Positions 22,152 to 34,382 of a DNA stretch of 64,000 bases are shown one piece after another (position 1 is the first letter of the stretch; every line of letters begins with the position of its first letter). Origin of the DNA: Sporopachydermia quercuum. Lineage: Eukaryota. The translations under genes were made by a program, and so were the position numbers. Location: positions 620,001 through 684,000 of the forward strand of contig BCGN01000003.1 in assembly GCA_001599295.1 (NCBI GenBank), read 5' to 3'. A model generated the notes under the pieces. It did not search any database and was not told where the DNA came from. It was given only the letters and a program-made list of their open reading frames with translations.

Positions 22152-24584
22152 CTAAAAAATCAGTTTGACTATATACATTATGAAAACTATGCAACAAACA
22201 CCTAGTATATACAACCCAGCTCTGAAAAAAGAGCTCGGCCAGCTCTGATTGTTTGTTCTATCCTTTCTATTAATGAAATTATGAGGTGAGTAAACTGAAA
22301 GAACTTTCCTGAGTCTTTTGGGTGTACTTGCTATACCTCCGGTCAGTGTATTCATTTGTTGATGATTGTTCCCAAGGTAAGTTCTGATCGACTGTTTCTT
22401 TTTTTTCTTTTTATTATTTTTATTCGCACCTGAAAGTAATCCTGTTAATTCTGATGGCTTGTCATCATTGGTGTTAAACTCTGGCTGTCCGGTCAATGGT
22501 AACTCTCCTTTCATCATGAACTCGTCATATCGAATGAAACCTATTTCTTTCTCTTCATCAAAGGCTCTCTGCCCATATGTTCTGAAGAAGGATTGATCAT
22601 AAGATTGGTCATAAGAATCCAATGTTCTAATATTCAAATTGCATTTTTTTCTCGGTGACCTGCTTGTAGATCCTTCTTGACGTTTCATTGGTTTATTGCT
22701 ACTCCATGGTTTCCTCTGAAAGTTATCGCTAGCTCCATTGGCGTCATGTGGTTTTCGTTTATGAGACCTCGACCTCTTTGTGGGGGAGATTGTGGGAGAG
22801 ATTGCCATCTCGTTAACTGGANCAGTTGAAGCCATGTGGTTTTGGTTTTTCCTATGAAGGCTTTTCTTTTGGTTATATTGTGCAGTCGATGCTATTGCAG
22901 GAGCTAAATTAGATCTTCCACCAATATCATTATTAGAAACACTATGCGTAAATTCATGATAGGCGGCGTGAGGAGTATAATTAGTTACTTTAGAGCTATC
23001 TATAGAGATCTCTGAGGTCATAGAAACCATAGATAATCTTCTATAAGGTTGTCTTGTTGATGATTCGTCATCACCACTTTTTGCCTGATACATGAACTCT
23101 TCGTCTTCATTATGTACTTCACACAGATCAACTGCTGAAGCAACTTTGGCAGCAAATATCTCTACTCTTGAGGATTTTGGTGTGATTGAAGGCGTTGTGC
23201 TCATTAGAAAAGCTGAGCTTCTTTTCAGTATATTATTTTCCTTTGCTTTGGGGGTTTCGTACTTCAAGTCTTGATGTTTCTCAATAGAAAGGTTAGTGCG
23301 CTTGTTGACAGGTGTTAATATCAGTCTATCATTAAATTGATGAGGTGAATNGTTATTTGGTTGATTATAACTATATGGCTTATAAATTGGACTTCTCAAG
23401 TCTGTATATGTGAGGTTTGTTGTAGTTGTTTGATCACCATTGAGAGACATAGTTGAGATGACTGAATCACTCGATTGGTAGCTATTAGGAAGATTGCTAG
23501 AGATGACACTTTCGCTATTGGGTTTATGAGCATTTGGGATGCCAATTGAACAGTTTATTGCTGGCGATATTTTGAATTCCGATGGTGGAATAATAACTTT
23601 AGTTACCACGTTTTCCATACAGAATACACTGTTTGTCGTATTCTTAACTTCTTCGGTATGAACTTTCATATTGCTCTGAGAACTCAAAGGTATCAATGAA
23701 GGTATATTTGTTTTGGAGTAAGTTGGATTATATTTTGGCTGCTCTTTTGAGTGAATAGATAACCCATCAGATGTGTTTTTTGACTTAGGTGGAACATTGG
23801 GTTCATCATTGAGAAAAGAGAGTAAGAGCACTTCTTCAGTTTCTTCTTCCTCTTCTGTGTTGGCATTTTGGACAATGGGTTCAAAGCGCAGTTCTTATTT
23901 AATGTTAGTAAATGGAATGATTGTTGAAAAGAAAAACTTCTTGTTATAATCTTAAATAACTCTAAAATTAAACCCAGTCAACGATAAGAAGAGTAACGAT
24001 TACTTACCATATGAAGCGCTGCCTCCTTCATCAATATTTATCTGTCGTAAAGTGCTTTCAGAGCTATCTTCTATCAAAGATGTGGTAGTATAATCAGGTT
24101 GATCCGTCTGCATAGTGCTATCGTCGGTACTATTCATTTCGTAAGGATCATTCATATCACAAAACAATTGAAACGTCTTAGTTGACGTTAAATGCTGCGT
24201 CGGTGGTATGTGATTCTGCCTGTTGCTCTCCATTTCAATTCTATTTGATATCTTGTAAATATCATGATATACATCTCGTGCTGGTTTAGTTGGACTAGAT
24301 CTTTCCGGAGATCTACCTATATGATTTGTATTTCTTTTGCTATTGTTGTAGCGATATGGACTACTATCCGGGGGAACTGATGGTACAGTTTTTCTGGGAC
24401 TGAATGTTCCAGTACTCTGTCTAGTGTTCTTTGAGTAGCTCTCAGAGTTATGAGCCCTCTTTGCTTTTCTCTTATTTGAAAAGTCGCCATTTTGTTTGCA
24501 TTGCTGTTCATAAAACTCAACTTGCTTTGCTACAACTGTAGAGAAAACATTCTCCTTGTCTGAATGATTATTCAAGCGGCTCAT
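22152..24584 (-). CDS. Two-exon gene (24584-24008, 23893-22152; 772 aa). Mostly disordered, with a single C-terminal TM segment; Vac7-like motifs
   Basis: Joins two track ORFs in frame via GTAAGT (24007)..TACTAAC (23910-23904)..AAG (23894), phase 1 (..SY E LRFEP..). FAAKVASAVD..EDEEFMY and YSPHNF resemble Vac7 cytosolic motifs. Confidence 0.6.
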
Positions 24585-24654
24585 TTTTTCATCCCTCAGT
24601 TGTGGTAGTTCGTCTTATCAAAATCTTTTAAACCCTATTAATGATTCCAATTAT

Positions 24655-25296
24655 CTAAAATCAGAAAAGTCGTTAGTTCAATTCAATATTCTTTCTATTT
24701 TTCTATCCTTGTTTGTATGTCATTTCTTCTTCTATCAGAATACACAGGTTCTCCTGTATAGTCTTTCAGATAGAATGTTACTCTTTCTTCTATTTGCTTG
24801 ACAGTTTCAAACCAAAAAAACTGCTTGAAATTGTTTGAAAACCAGCATTAATGGATAATCCTTTCAATAGCAAAACGGATACTCTTTTGTTCTAATCATC
24901 TTTCTAATCCTCAACAATACTTGAATCGATAATTGATAAATAAAAGCTGATTTGCTTGTCTTTATCGGTCTCAGTTCATTGATTGCTGCCCTATAAAATA
25001 AAACGTTCTGCATGTTTATGCAAGGAAGATGTAGTTCACATACTGCAATCGTCAACAAGTAAATAAATGTCTGCATTGAGTGACNATTGTTGGAGCAACG
25101 GTTTACAGTATTGGAATAAAGTTAGAGTGAGATACGAAGTTAAACTTATGCTAATCGAAACTTTAAAAACTTGGTTCCAGACTCAATTGTGAAGAGAATT
25201 AGTGACCGATTTGATAGAAGATTTGAGAAGGTATTTAAAATATGTAAATATAACGGGAAAAGAAAGAAAATAAATAGCTGCTAGGTGGGTACATAC
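24655..25296 (-). other. Candidate 5'-UTR intron of the VAC7-like gene
   Basis: CAG|GTATGT at 25296, AACTAAC near 24678-24672, TTTTAG ending at 24655, about 70 nt before the ATG. Confidence 0.4.
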
Positions 25297-25902
25297 CTGC
25301 GTGAGTATTGAAAGTTTGAATGAGGTGTAACACTGGAAGAATGTTTTCAGTTATGGTGAACTTGTCAGGCTAATTCTATATGATGGGAGCTGGTTAGAGT
25401 CTAGAAGATAATCACCTAACTAGATGGATCAACTTCCTCTTATTAAAAACTCGGTAGCAGAAGGAGGATCATGGATTAAAGATAATGAAGTTCTATTTCC
25501 AATGAAGGATATCCTTCATCAAATTGACTGATAACTGGCACAAGAGAGATCAGACAAAAAGGAATTGGTCCTTATAAAGGATAATTGAAAGAGACCATCA
25601 AATTCACTACTACCTACATATTAACTATACACCTTTCATTTCCTTCTTAAATAAGTAGGAAAAAAAAAAGCAGATAGACCACATTGCTTTAGTAACTATA
25701 TAATTAAGAACGGTGACATGTTTTGGTCTAATTGATAAACGTGAGGAAATGAAACAACCGTAAGCTATAACAAAACTAAGATGGATAGGTAGCCTTCACA
25801 AAAAATCTATCCACCAAGAGGTCCTAAATAAACATCAATGTACTAGAATTTTTAGATTTAGTATACAATTATTAAACAATAATCATAAAATAACAAATAA
25901 AA

Positions 25903-25962
25903 CAACACAGTACTACGTGAATAGCAAGCAACACAGTACTACGTGAATAGCAAGCAACACAG
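25903..25962. repeat. 26-bp perfect tandem repeat, about 2.3 copies (CAACACAGTACTACGTGAATAGCAAG)
   Basis: Read directly; lies just 3' of the BAR-PH gene. Confidence 0.95.
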
Positions 25963-26066
25963 AATATATTACCATCGAAACCATAAAATAAAATAAAAAA
26001 TAAATAAAAAAAGCAAGTATTAAACCAACATTAGAGAATACATATTATTAAACAGAAAAACAGAAC

Positions 26067-27359
26067 TTAGTTTGATTGAACTTCTTCTTCACCATTTGCG
26101 ACAATTACAGATGCACCTTGCTTGCCAGAAGTTTGTATGATAGCATTATGCCATTTCGTTAAATCACCTGTAGTTGATGCAAGAAACTTGAATGTTTTAC
26201 TACCGCTTAAAGAGAGACCAGGCCCTTTTCCCTTTATTTGAAACTTCTTCTTTTCAAGGTCTGCAGGACCAATCTCACACTCTGGAAGGTAAAGAGACAT
26301 AATTGGCTCTGTAGCACTTGCAAAATTCTCAGAAGCAAACTCGTGAAGATACCTGGATTTGGTAACAACGTAGTATCTAGAAGTATATGACTTTTTAATG
26401 GTACCTTCCTTTCTCTGTAAAATACCTGCAATAATTGGAATAGTAGAGGGATCATCCTTATTTGCATAGGTTACATTTGCAATGTCTCTCTTTGGTCTAT
26501 CCGTCGCCAAAAAGTCTTTGTTGGCTTCATAAAATCTGTTCCATTCATAGTCGTCAGGGACGCGGGTAAATGCATCGGAAATAGCAGTTTCCGCATCAAT
26601 TCTAGAAGTCAGTAAGTCAGCTGACGTAACGGACAACTTTTTCATTGCTTCTCTGAGAACATTCAAAATATGACTTTCCATTGACACAAACTTGTCCTGG
26701 GCAAGTTTAATGACATCTATTTCGTTGTTTTCTTTTGTGATTTGGTTTAAAATAGATCTGTTGATCTCTCTAGCAACAACATAAGGATCCGATTTAGGTT
26801 CCAATTTTTTGGCAGTAGCAAACCCGCCAGTAGATTTCCCTAGTTTTTCAACATCTTTCAGAGAAATAGCTCTAGCGGCCTCAACGTCTTTCATGACTTT
26901 GTCTCCTTGCTCATGAAAAGTCTTGCAATACTTCTCAACATCTGATTTGAGGGCCTTTAGTTCAGGCACGACAATTGTCTTAACAGATTCGACAGCTTGT
27001 TCAGATCTGTTGACAACGCTATCAGTTTTGGTTCTCAGGACAGCAAAAACTTCGTCAATACCAATAGGTCCGTCAGCTGGTAGAGCAGAAGCCAAGTCAC
27101 TAGTATGGAATACCTCAGCAGACGTGGTGGGTAGTCCCTCCTTATCCTCATCAAAAGCGGATTGGGTAACTCCAAACTTCGGTGCATCATTAATTGATTT
27201 CCGAACTTTTGTCAACGATGTGTTCACTTTGCCAAACAAGTTCAAATGGGCTTCTGCATAATTGAGTAACAAGTCAATTGTTTCTACCCAATTTTCCAGT
27301 CTTTGGGTCAAAATTGCTGCAGGATTGACCCTTCCTGAAGCAAATAAATCGTCAGACAT
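26067..27359 (-). CDS. SLM1/RGC1-family BAR-like + PH domain protein, 430 aa
   Basis: Helical N-terminal region (ILTQRLENW, DPYVV..ITKENN, PDDYEWNRF) and PH domain (AGILQRK..YTSRYYVVTKSRYLHEF..PIMSLYLPEC..WHNAI). Confidence 0.75.
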   Translation of the reverse strand: MSDDLFASGRVNPAAILTQRLENWVETIDLLLNYAEAHLNLFGKVNTSLTKVRKSINDAPKFGVTQSAFDEDKEGLPTTSAEVFHTSDLASALPADGPIGIDEVFAVLRTKTDSVVNRSEQAVESVKTIVVPELKALKSDVEKYCKTFHEQGDKVMKDVEAARAISLKDVEKLGKSTGGFATAKKLEPKSDPYVVAREINRSILNQITKENNEIDVIKLAQDKFVSMESHILNVLREAMKKLSVTSADLLTSRIDAETAISDAFTRVPDDYEWNRFYEANKDFLATDRPKRDIANVTYANKDDPSTIPIIAGILQRKEGTIKKSYTSRYYVVTKSRYLHEFASENFASATEPIMSLYLPECEIGPADLEKKKFQIKGKGPGLSLSGSKTFKFLASTTGDLTKWHNAIIQTSGKQGASVIVANGEEEVQSN

Positions 27360-27768
27360 CTTGCATAAATCTCAAGAATACAATACAATTTTTTAGCTCA
27401 ATTGCTTCAANTGTCTCAATAGGAAACGATTTTCCGGTTGATCAGTGAATATCTGGAGAAAAAGTACTTCAGGATATCAATTGCTCTTTATACTCTAGTA
27501 GTGAGTAGTGAGAAAAGTATCAGCGAGTCCAAAGAGCTGCTGCACTGACTAATTGAAACACCGATACAAGGGAACAAGATTAAGTGTCACTGGTGCATTA
27601 CGTAAATAAAGTTAAATCGCTATGTATTAACTTTAAAAAGAATATATTTTCTTTTACAAGTAAGATGAAAACACCGACACCAAACAAATATGTACTATTA
27701 GATATGTCTAAACTAGAATATAAAGCCTATATGTGGTTATACAAAATAATGAGAAAGGAACTATTGTT

Positions 27769-27942
27769 TTCAATATTACAAGTTAGTCTCAGTTGAAATG
27801 AGAGATCATTCATTGAAACAAATAAAGTAGAAAGCTATTGACCGTCGATGAACCTCTAAATTAAACTCTGCATATACTTTTAACTTTATTTGTTTCAGTG
27901 AATGATCTCTCATTTCAACTGAGACTAACTTGTAATATTGAA
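27769..27942. repeat. 60-bp inverted repeat (arms 27769-27828 and 27883-27942, 1 mismatch) with a 54-bp spacer
   Basis: Arms compared base by base: TTCAATATTACAAGTTAGTCTCAGTTGAAATGAGAGATCATTCA(T/C)TGAAACAAATAAAGT. Confidence 0.95.
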
Positions 27943-30605
27943 CTCTAACCTTAATTGTCTCATNAATTCTCTATTTGGAGTATTAAAGCTAATCATTGTG
28001 CGTTTGGTGTCAACAAAGTGAAAATGAAAGAATCTAACGACAATGACAGCTTCTTTTTGCTATCTCGTTTATTTCTAGAGGTATTGCGAATTCATGTCAA
28101 TAGAGTTGGTAATTTTTAATTATTATTTGATATTATTATCGGGGTAGAGAATAATTTTCCAATCATGACCNCTTGAATTCAATCCTACTGTTTCCTGTAA
28201 AATGCTCGAGAGTTATCACCTGCATATACTGTGTAGTCAATGATCGCCTTAATCAACTAACTAACTTGAGAGTGTGTGAAAAAATATGTTATGAATTGAT
28301 GTCCATCAGCTTGGTTTCACGTCGAAATTCAGTTTGTATACTGACGATTTGATTATGGAAAATCTCTGTTGCATAGTCATATTCAATTTGGTAGTCCTCC
28401 TTCTCGTACGTTATCCATCATTCTAAATTAAGTTTTGAACTACAAAGATGTTACATTTATCTACTCATCTATATGAAACAGATCATTGCTTCGAAAACCC
28501 AGCTATCAGATCAATCAACTTGAAAGCTTATTTCTGCTCTTCTAGTTCCTCCATTATAAAGGAACTTTCATACGATAGAATGCAATCTATATATTGGGTT
28601 CTCAGAGAAAGGAAACACAAAGTTTATCATTATATCCCTATAGATTGAACTGAAATCGAAAGACTAATTGTTTAATGTTTCTTCTCTTACACCTACTAGT
28701 TTATTATTTAAAAGAAACTAATCAACAATTGAACCTACTATGGATATAAAAATCCCACTCGATTGTCAGTATGAGTAGTTTTCTCTTGAAGTATATTATT
28801 AGTTAGGTTAGGTATGATCCTAGAAACTCGTAGGTGATGAATCAATACACTACAGATCAGTTCGAATTATATGAACTAAGTAACCAAGCAACCACTTTTT
28901 CCTTCAAAAAAATGCGTTTGAAAACAATAGTCAATTCTATCGTACCTGATTACTCGCTAAACTCAGAGCCTCGTAAGAGTTTTCTTTCTTGCTTGGCTAC
29001 GCCTCGTTTTCGTGCAAGGACCAGTCTTTTAGTCAGGTCTACCAAAAATAAAAGCGAATGAACCATCTCTTATTGGAATTTTAAATATAGTTAAGATATA
29101 TCACTGAAATATTAATTACTAGTTTCAAATGAAGAATGGAAATATCAGATTAACTTATAAGCTAGCATGCGGAAATGGGGTGGTGTGTCTCACATGGCGC
29201 AGCATCAGTATCAAGACCAGGGGGAGGGGTGGGCAGAGTTTCAAAGAACATTCACGATAGCAATAGGTAGACAGGTAATTTATCTAGTTACGTTAAAGCT
29301 AGATATTTGTACACATGGATTGTTGTTCTTTTTATTTTCTTGAATGAGACAATTTTGAAATCGTCGTTGATGGAAGAATTCCATTGTTTATCACTAAAAT
29401 CAGACGTAGCTCATCACATCTTCTGCGAGCGTCTTTGTAGTTTCTACTAATGGAGCTATACCTTTGTTGTATTCTGTTCATATCCTACCTAATACTGAAC
29501 CCTTGCAACAAAACACTCTAATGTATAATACTTTCTACTTAAGTTGAACCAAATGATCTACCAGTATCGTTGATCTTTACTAGAATCTTTCCTAAACCTG
29601 CGAAATACCCTCCATCATAAATTTTTTCCTCTTACACTTATTCTTACTCTTCCCGACTTTTCTAGTCATATCACCAAATCAACGTTTCACCCAGTCAACT
29701 CTTCTCTTTAGCGCTTTTATGCTGCTTCCTACGAAACAAAGTTTTGGAGTTACTTGCCATTCTTTGTGGTCTCCAAGCCTGACAAAATTTAGAAACCAGA
29801 TTTCACCTTCTGTTCCCCTTTCTTTTTCCTGTTCTCTATAGAAAAGTCAGGAGAAAACGCCTACATTATCGTACATTGAATGAGTGAACTATACAGGTAT
29901 ATTTCAGTACTAAATCCATAGATATAGTAATGAAAGATTCGAAATTTCAAGTCATCGTAATTGAGAATAGCTCCATGCCATTCTGGAAACTGGCAAACAA
30001 TTAGTCCAGATCTGTATTGTCTCATCTCGTGGGTCGTGGGTCATAAGTTGAGACATCAGGTCGCACATGGGACATAGAGACACCTAACATTTACAATATT
30101 CTGCATCAAGTGATGCTAATGACAAGAAATGATATTGTTGTCAGTGTAGTATCTTGCTACTGCTATTCTTATTACTGTTGATGTTTCATGTGATTATTAT
30201 TACAATAAAAGTAATACTAGTATAAGCTATTGAAACTGGAGTAACTTTTACCAAAGCATTGTAAGATATTCTACGATTGGTGATTACTGTCAACAGAGTG
30301 ATCTGTGCTTTCTAGATATTGGTACTCAAGAGTTTGTCATACCTACGTGAATCTGGGTTAGGTCTACTAATCGTTGTACTTCAACAGAAAATAAACCCAA
30401 GGCGGACGAAAAGTTTTGTTGATAATAGGATTATTGACTGACTATTACAACCATTCAAAACTTATTGCCTACAGTGTTGACTACTAGTCAGCCATCCATG
30501 AAAGATACTTTCACGGCAGGAGATTGAACACAAGAAAACAGAATTAGATAATACTATCAACAGTCATCTCAAAAGCTACTTCCAACAACAGCCCGCTTTC
30601 TCAGA

Positions 30606-32663
30606 ATGCCACTGATTCCAACTAGACAATATGCCGTCTCAAGCCCACTGGTTACATCTCAACCACAGTTTATCCTATCGCTGAACTTAGAGTCACCACC
30701 ATTAGTACTCTATGGCACAAGAATCGAATCCTCTGGTGCATTGCTCTCTGGTTTACTTGTTTTAGAACTGCCAGCGAGCTCTTCTAGCAATTCTGGAACT
30801 TCCACCCCTTTGTCTTCCTCATCGTCATCGACAATTCATTCTAGACCAACTTCTCCATACATGCAGCCTCATGAAGGAACAGTAGACTCAGCAATTAATC
30901 CAAACAATGCTGTTGCAGACTTTCCCATGACCGCAGTGGTTCTCTCACTCACTCAAATCATAACACTGAAAAAGCCCTTTGTTGCTAACTCTTCAACAAT
31001 TAACAACTGTCAGAACTGTACTCAAATTTCTACAGAACTCGCACGATGGGACATCCTTTCACAAGCAAGCAAACTACCAAGAGGTCGCCATGCCTACCCA
31101 TTTTCTCATCTTCTTCCGGGCTCAATCCCTTCCACTTGTTCTCTTGGTACCGCTGGTTCAAATATTCGTTATGAACTAGTAGCGAATGCTGTTGGCGGAG
31201 CTAAGAATACTCAAGTGACAGTTAAATTACCTCTTCGTATCTCAAGGTCAATCCTTCGAGGCCCTGACAGAAATTCATTAAGGGTGTTTCCTCCTACAAC
31301 AGTCACAGCTACAGCTAACTTTCCTAATGTTATATATCCCAAATCAAATTTCTCGTTTGAATTACGCCTGGATGGTGTCTGCAATGGAGACCGAAACTGG
31401 AGAATGCGTCGTTTTTCATGGCGCATAGATGAACATATAAAAGTAAAAGCTGTGGCTTGTGCTAAACATCAATATAAACTAGATGCTTTAGAAGAAATAG
31501 CATATCAAGCGAAACAGAAGAGTAAAGCTAAAGAAAAAGCAAAAACAAAAGCTAAAGAGAAAGCTAAAGAACGGGACAGCGGCAACAATGTTTCCAATGG
31601 TACTACATCTACGACCAACTTTTCTGCAGCATCAACGGCAACGGATGGGATTTCACCTCAAGATACTGCTGCTTTATCGAGCTCCTCTTCAGTTCCTCAA
31701 TCACCAGGCACTCAACCGAGCACCCCCAATCAACCAGCTTCTGAACCATTCACTGCTCTTATCCCTCAGAACTCAGTATCCGTAAATGCTGAACCGCCTG
31801 TACCAGATAAATCAATACTGTTAGAAGATACACGGAATGTGGCACACGGTGATTTGAGATCAGGCTGGAAATCAGATTTCTCAGGCTCTGGTAGAATAGA
31901 AGTGGTAGCAGACATCAACATCTTGAACCTATCATCAGGCATGTCTTCTCATATATCTCATTCATCTTCTGTGAATCCTGTGCCCAATGTCAATATATTA
32001 GCTGCCAATATCTCGTGCGATATTGATGATCCTACCCATGGTATATATGTGAATCACGTTTTGGTAGTTGAGGTAGTTGTTGCTGAAGAGCTATTACAAC
32101 CGAGAGAAGTTGAAGGGTCACCATTCTCACCATATGGAACTGCATCAGGAAAGGGTAAGCAAACATCACGGTCAAATGTACCTGTGAATCCATCAGATGC
32201 ACGTTTGGCTGAGATTTCACCAGCATTGGCTTCTCTATCAAGGAGTGCTCAGTCTAAGAGCAGACCCGCGTTACGAACAGGTTTATCACCATCAGGCTCA
32301 TCAGAATCAACAGGACATACGACAACTGATCCCGCTGATGAGAATAAATCCAACTATGTTCGTGTGCCGACAGGATCAGCAAGAGTTCTAAGAATGCAGT
32401 TCAAACTGAACATTGTAGAACGATCAGGTCTAGGCATTGCTTGGGATGATGAAGTTCCCCCTGTTTATGAAGATGTAAGTGCATTGTCTCCACCTGCTTA
32501 TAATGATGCTATAGGAGATACACCATCCTTGGATTCAGCACTCGAGAATGATGATCTTGGTACACCGTCAAAAGTATTTATGACACCATTATTTGGAATA
32601 GGAGAAACGCCAGCTCTTAGAGCAAATAATGAACTGGAAGAGTTCCAAGAATTGAATATATGA
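30606..32663 (+). CDS. LDB19: Alpha-arrestin Rsp5 adaptor Ldb19/Art1, 685 aa
   Basis: LESPPLVLYG..SSGALLSG, HAYPFSHLLPG, DRNSLRVFPPT, WRMRRFSWRIDE, GWKSDF, PTGSARVLRMQF, ERSGLGIAWDDEVPPVY and PPAY (PY motifs). Convergent with a PMT2-family gene, as for S. cerevisiae PMT3/LDB19. Confidence 0.9.
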   Translation: MPLIPTRQYAVSSPLVTSQPQFILSLNLESPPLVLYGTRIESSGALLSGLLVLELPASSSSNSGTSTPLSSSSSSTIHSRPTSPYMQPHEGTVDSAINPNNAVADFPMTAVVLSLTQIITLKKPFVANSSTINNCQNCTQISTELARWDILSQASKLPRGRHAYPFSHLLPGSIPSTCSLGTAGSNIRYELVANAVGGAKNTQVTVKLPLRISRSILRGPDRNSLRVFPPTTVTATANFPNVIYPKSNFSFELRLDGVCNGDRNWRMRRFSWRIDEHIKVKAVACAKHQYKLDALEEIAYQAKQKSKAKEKAKTKAKEKAKERDSGNNVSNGTTSTTNFSAASTATDGISPQDTAALSSSSSVPQSPGTQPSTPNQPASEPFTALIPQNSVSVNAEPPVPDKSILLEDTRNVAHGDLRSGWKSDFSGSGRIEVVADINILNLSSGMSSHISHSSSVNPVPNVNILAANISCDIDDPTHGIYVNHVLVVEVVVAEELLQPREVEGSPFSPYGTASGKGKQTSRSNVPVNPSDARLAEISPALASLSRSAQSKSRPALRTGLSPSGSSESTGHTTTDPADENKSNYVRVPTGSARVLRMQFKLNIVERSGLGIAWDDEVPPVYEDVSALSPPAYNDAIGDTPSLDSALENDDLGTPSKVFMTPLFGIGETPALRANNELEEFQELNI

Positions 32664-34382
32664 TGTATCACAATATGCTATGAGAATAAGCCACTATTTT
32701 TATTACGTACTTTGTCAATTCATATTGATAGTTCTAAGAAGATAGGGTGTAATCTCTCACGATCAATCAGAATCACTGAACTGGTACTGATAGTGATGTT
32801 GATAGTCGTAATAGCGGTGATGACACTTTCTAGTTCTCTTGAGATATCTGTCATCAGATGAAACCACGGTGAAGAAGAGAACACCATCAATGTCTAGAAT
32901 GCAATACACAACAGCGATGGGTACTATTAATGCTTTTCATATTGATGTTATAGTCAATGTGCTCTGTTGGTGTTATTTGGTGGCATTATCATTTGCTATC
33001 AGTNACTATTTGTTCCAAGAGGTTGTATTCTTCTGATCAGCAGAGCTAGAAAACTGAGTCTTGTTGATAAGATAATGGCACACAGNTTTGAAACTGAATC
33101 GTTTATGCGGAGCAATGCCCATCGGTTATTGCAGTCATATCAAGAGAAGCAAGAAGCTATCGTTCTAGCTTACTTAAGTCCACTCAGTATTGATGATACT
33201 ATTTTAATGTGAAAGATTTGAGCTGCCGGTTATTCTCAACGATGGCAAACTCTCACAAACTCCACAGTGGTTTATCGCTACTTATAAAGAAGAAACTCTA
33301 TGGTACTAACGGGCAATCATAAAATGCTTAAAGGTCTGTAGAGAACCAATCTTGGCGAACAAAAACTAATCAGTTTATGTTACGGTAAAGATGCAACTGA
33401 TCGGACACACAACAAAGAAACTTATTTTATTATCATATCTTTCTTCGACAGAAAAACAGGCGCTGAGCCTTTTTTTCATGCAAACAACAATATATAAATC
33501 GAATCATCAAACAGTAGGAAAAAAGCCATTATAAGTAAAAAACATCAAAAGTATGAGAGGAATCTTAATTTAGGAAGCAACGAAGCTTTATTAATCATTC
33601 TTTATCGTACAATTTATAATAAGCACGAAGAACCAAACAACTAAGCAACTAAACAATTAAACAATTAATTATATAATGAAACGAAGTTATAAATATTAAA
33701 AAGGTGTTCTGGCTTGCTTTTCAAGAGAAATAACTAAGGAAGTAAGAAAGAATTATTTCTAGTAAAAACTACTTTATTTGAATATAAAGGAAATAACAGG
33801 TGGAAGAAGGAAACGATTTTTGGGGATTAGCATCGACAGAGTAATAAGACAGGGCAACTTGGATGAATGAAAATTTTCATTTACATCTTCGTTTCCGTCT
33901 TTTTTCCTGCCTTTTCTAATGCTTTTCTTTATTATATTTTTAAGCTGCTTGATACATTTATTGCCTTGCCTAGTAACAGTAGTCATATAAATTGTATTGT
34001 CTTTCTATCATATTGATACAACTAATCAAAGAAACTTAATAATAGCCATAGAACTAACATCTAACAATAGGACTAACATTTGGAATGACTTAATCCTTAG
34101 TCCTCTATCATTCGAATGGCTAACTGCCTTAACTATTATTTCCACATTCAACATTCATTGTTTCGTTATTGAAGGTTATATATTCTCCCAATACTACTAA
34201 ATAGCTACCATATAGTAATAAAATGCCATTAGAAACCCTAATATCAAGATCACTTATATCCTTATTGACCCTCCTACGACATCATAGCTTTACAACGTGG
34301 CTCAAATTAACATAATTCTGATAGTGTATTCAATCCAGAACTCTACAGCATTTCCAACTCTTCACATAACAATTAAGTTTAA

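Noticed and set aside
22000..22180. Possible extra intron extending the VAC7-like C-terminus (TACTAATAG near 22090)
   Set aside because: Weak donor, AG directly on the branch site, and the downstream sequence gives no Vac7-like lumenal domain.
25903..25962. Direct repeats as a CRISPR-like array
   Set aside because: No spacers, only about 2 copies, eukaryotic context.
30134..30144. GTGTAGTATCT matching the U2 snRNA branch-recognition region
   Set aside because: Only 11 nt, and the flanking U2 sequence is absent.
32839..33360. Overlapping short ORFs after LDB19, possibly a gene relic
   Set aside because: Non-ATG starts, no recognisable family and no consistent splice signals. A tblastx search would be needed to revive it.
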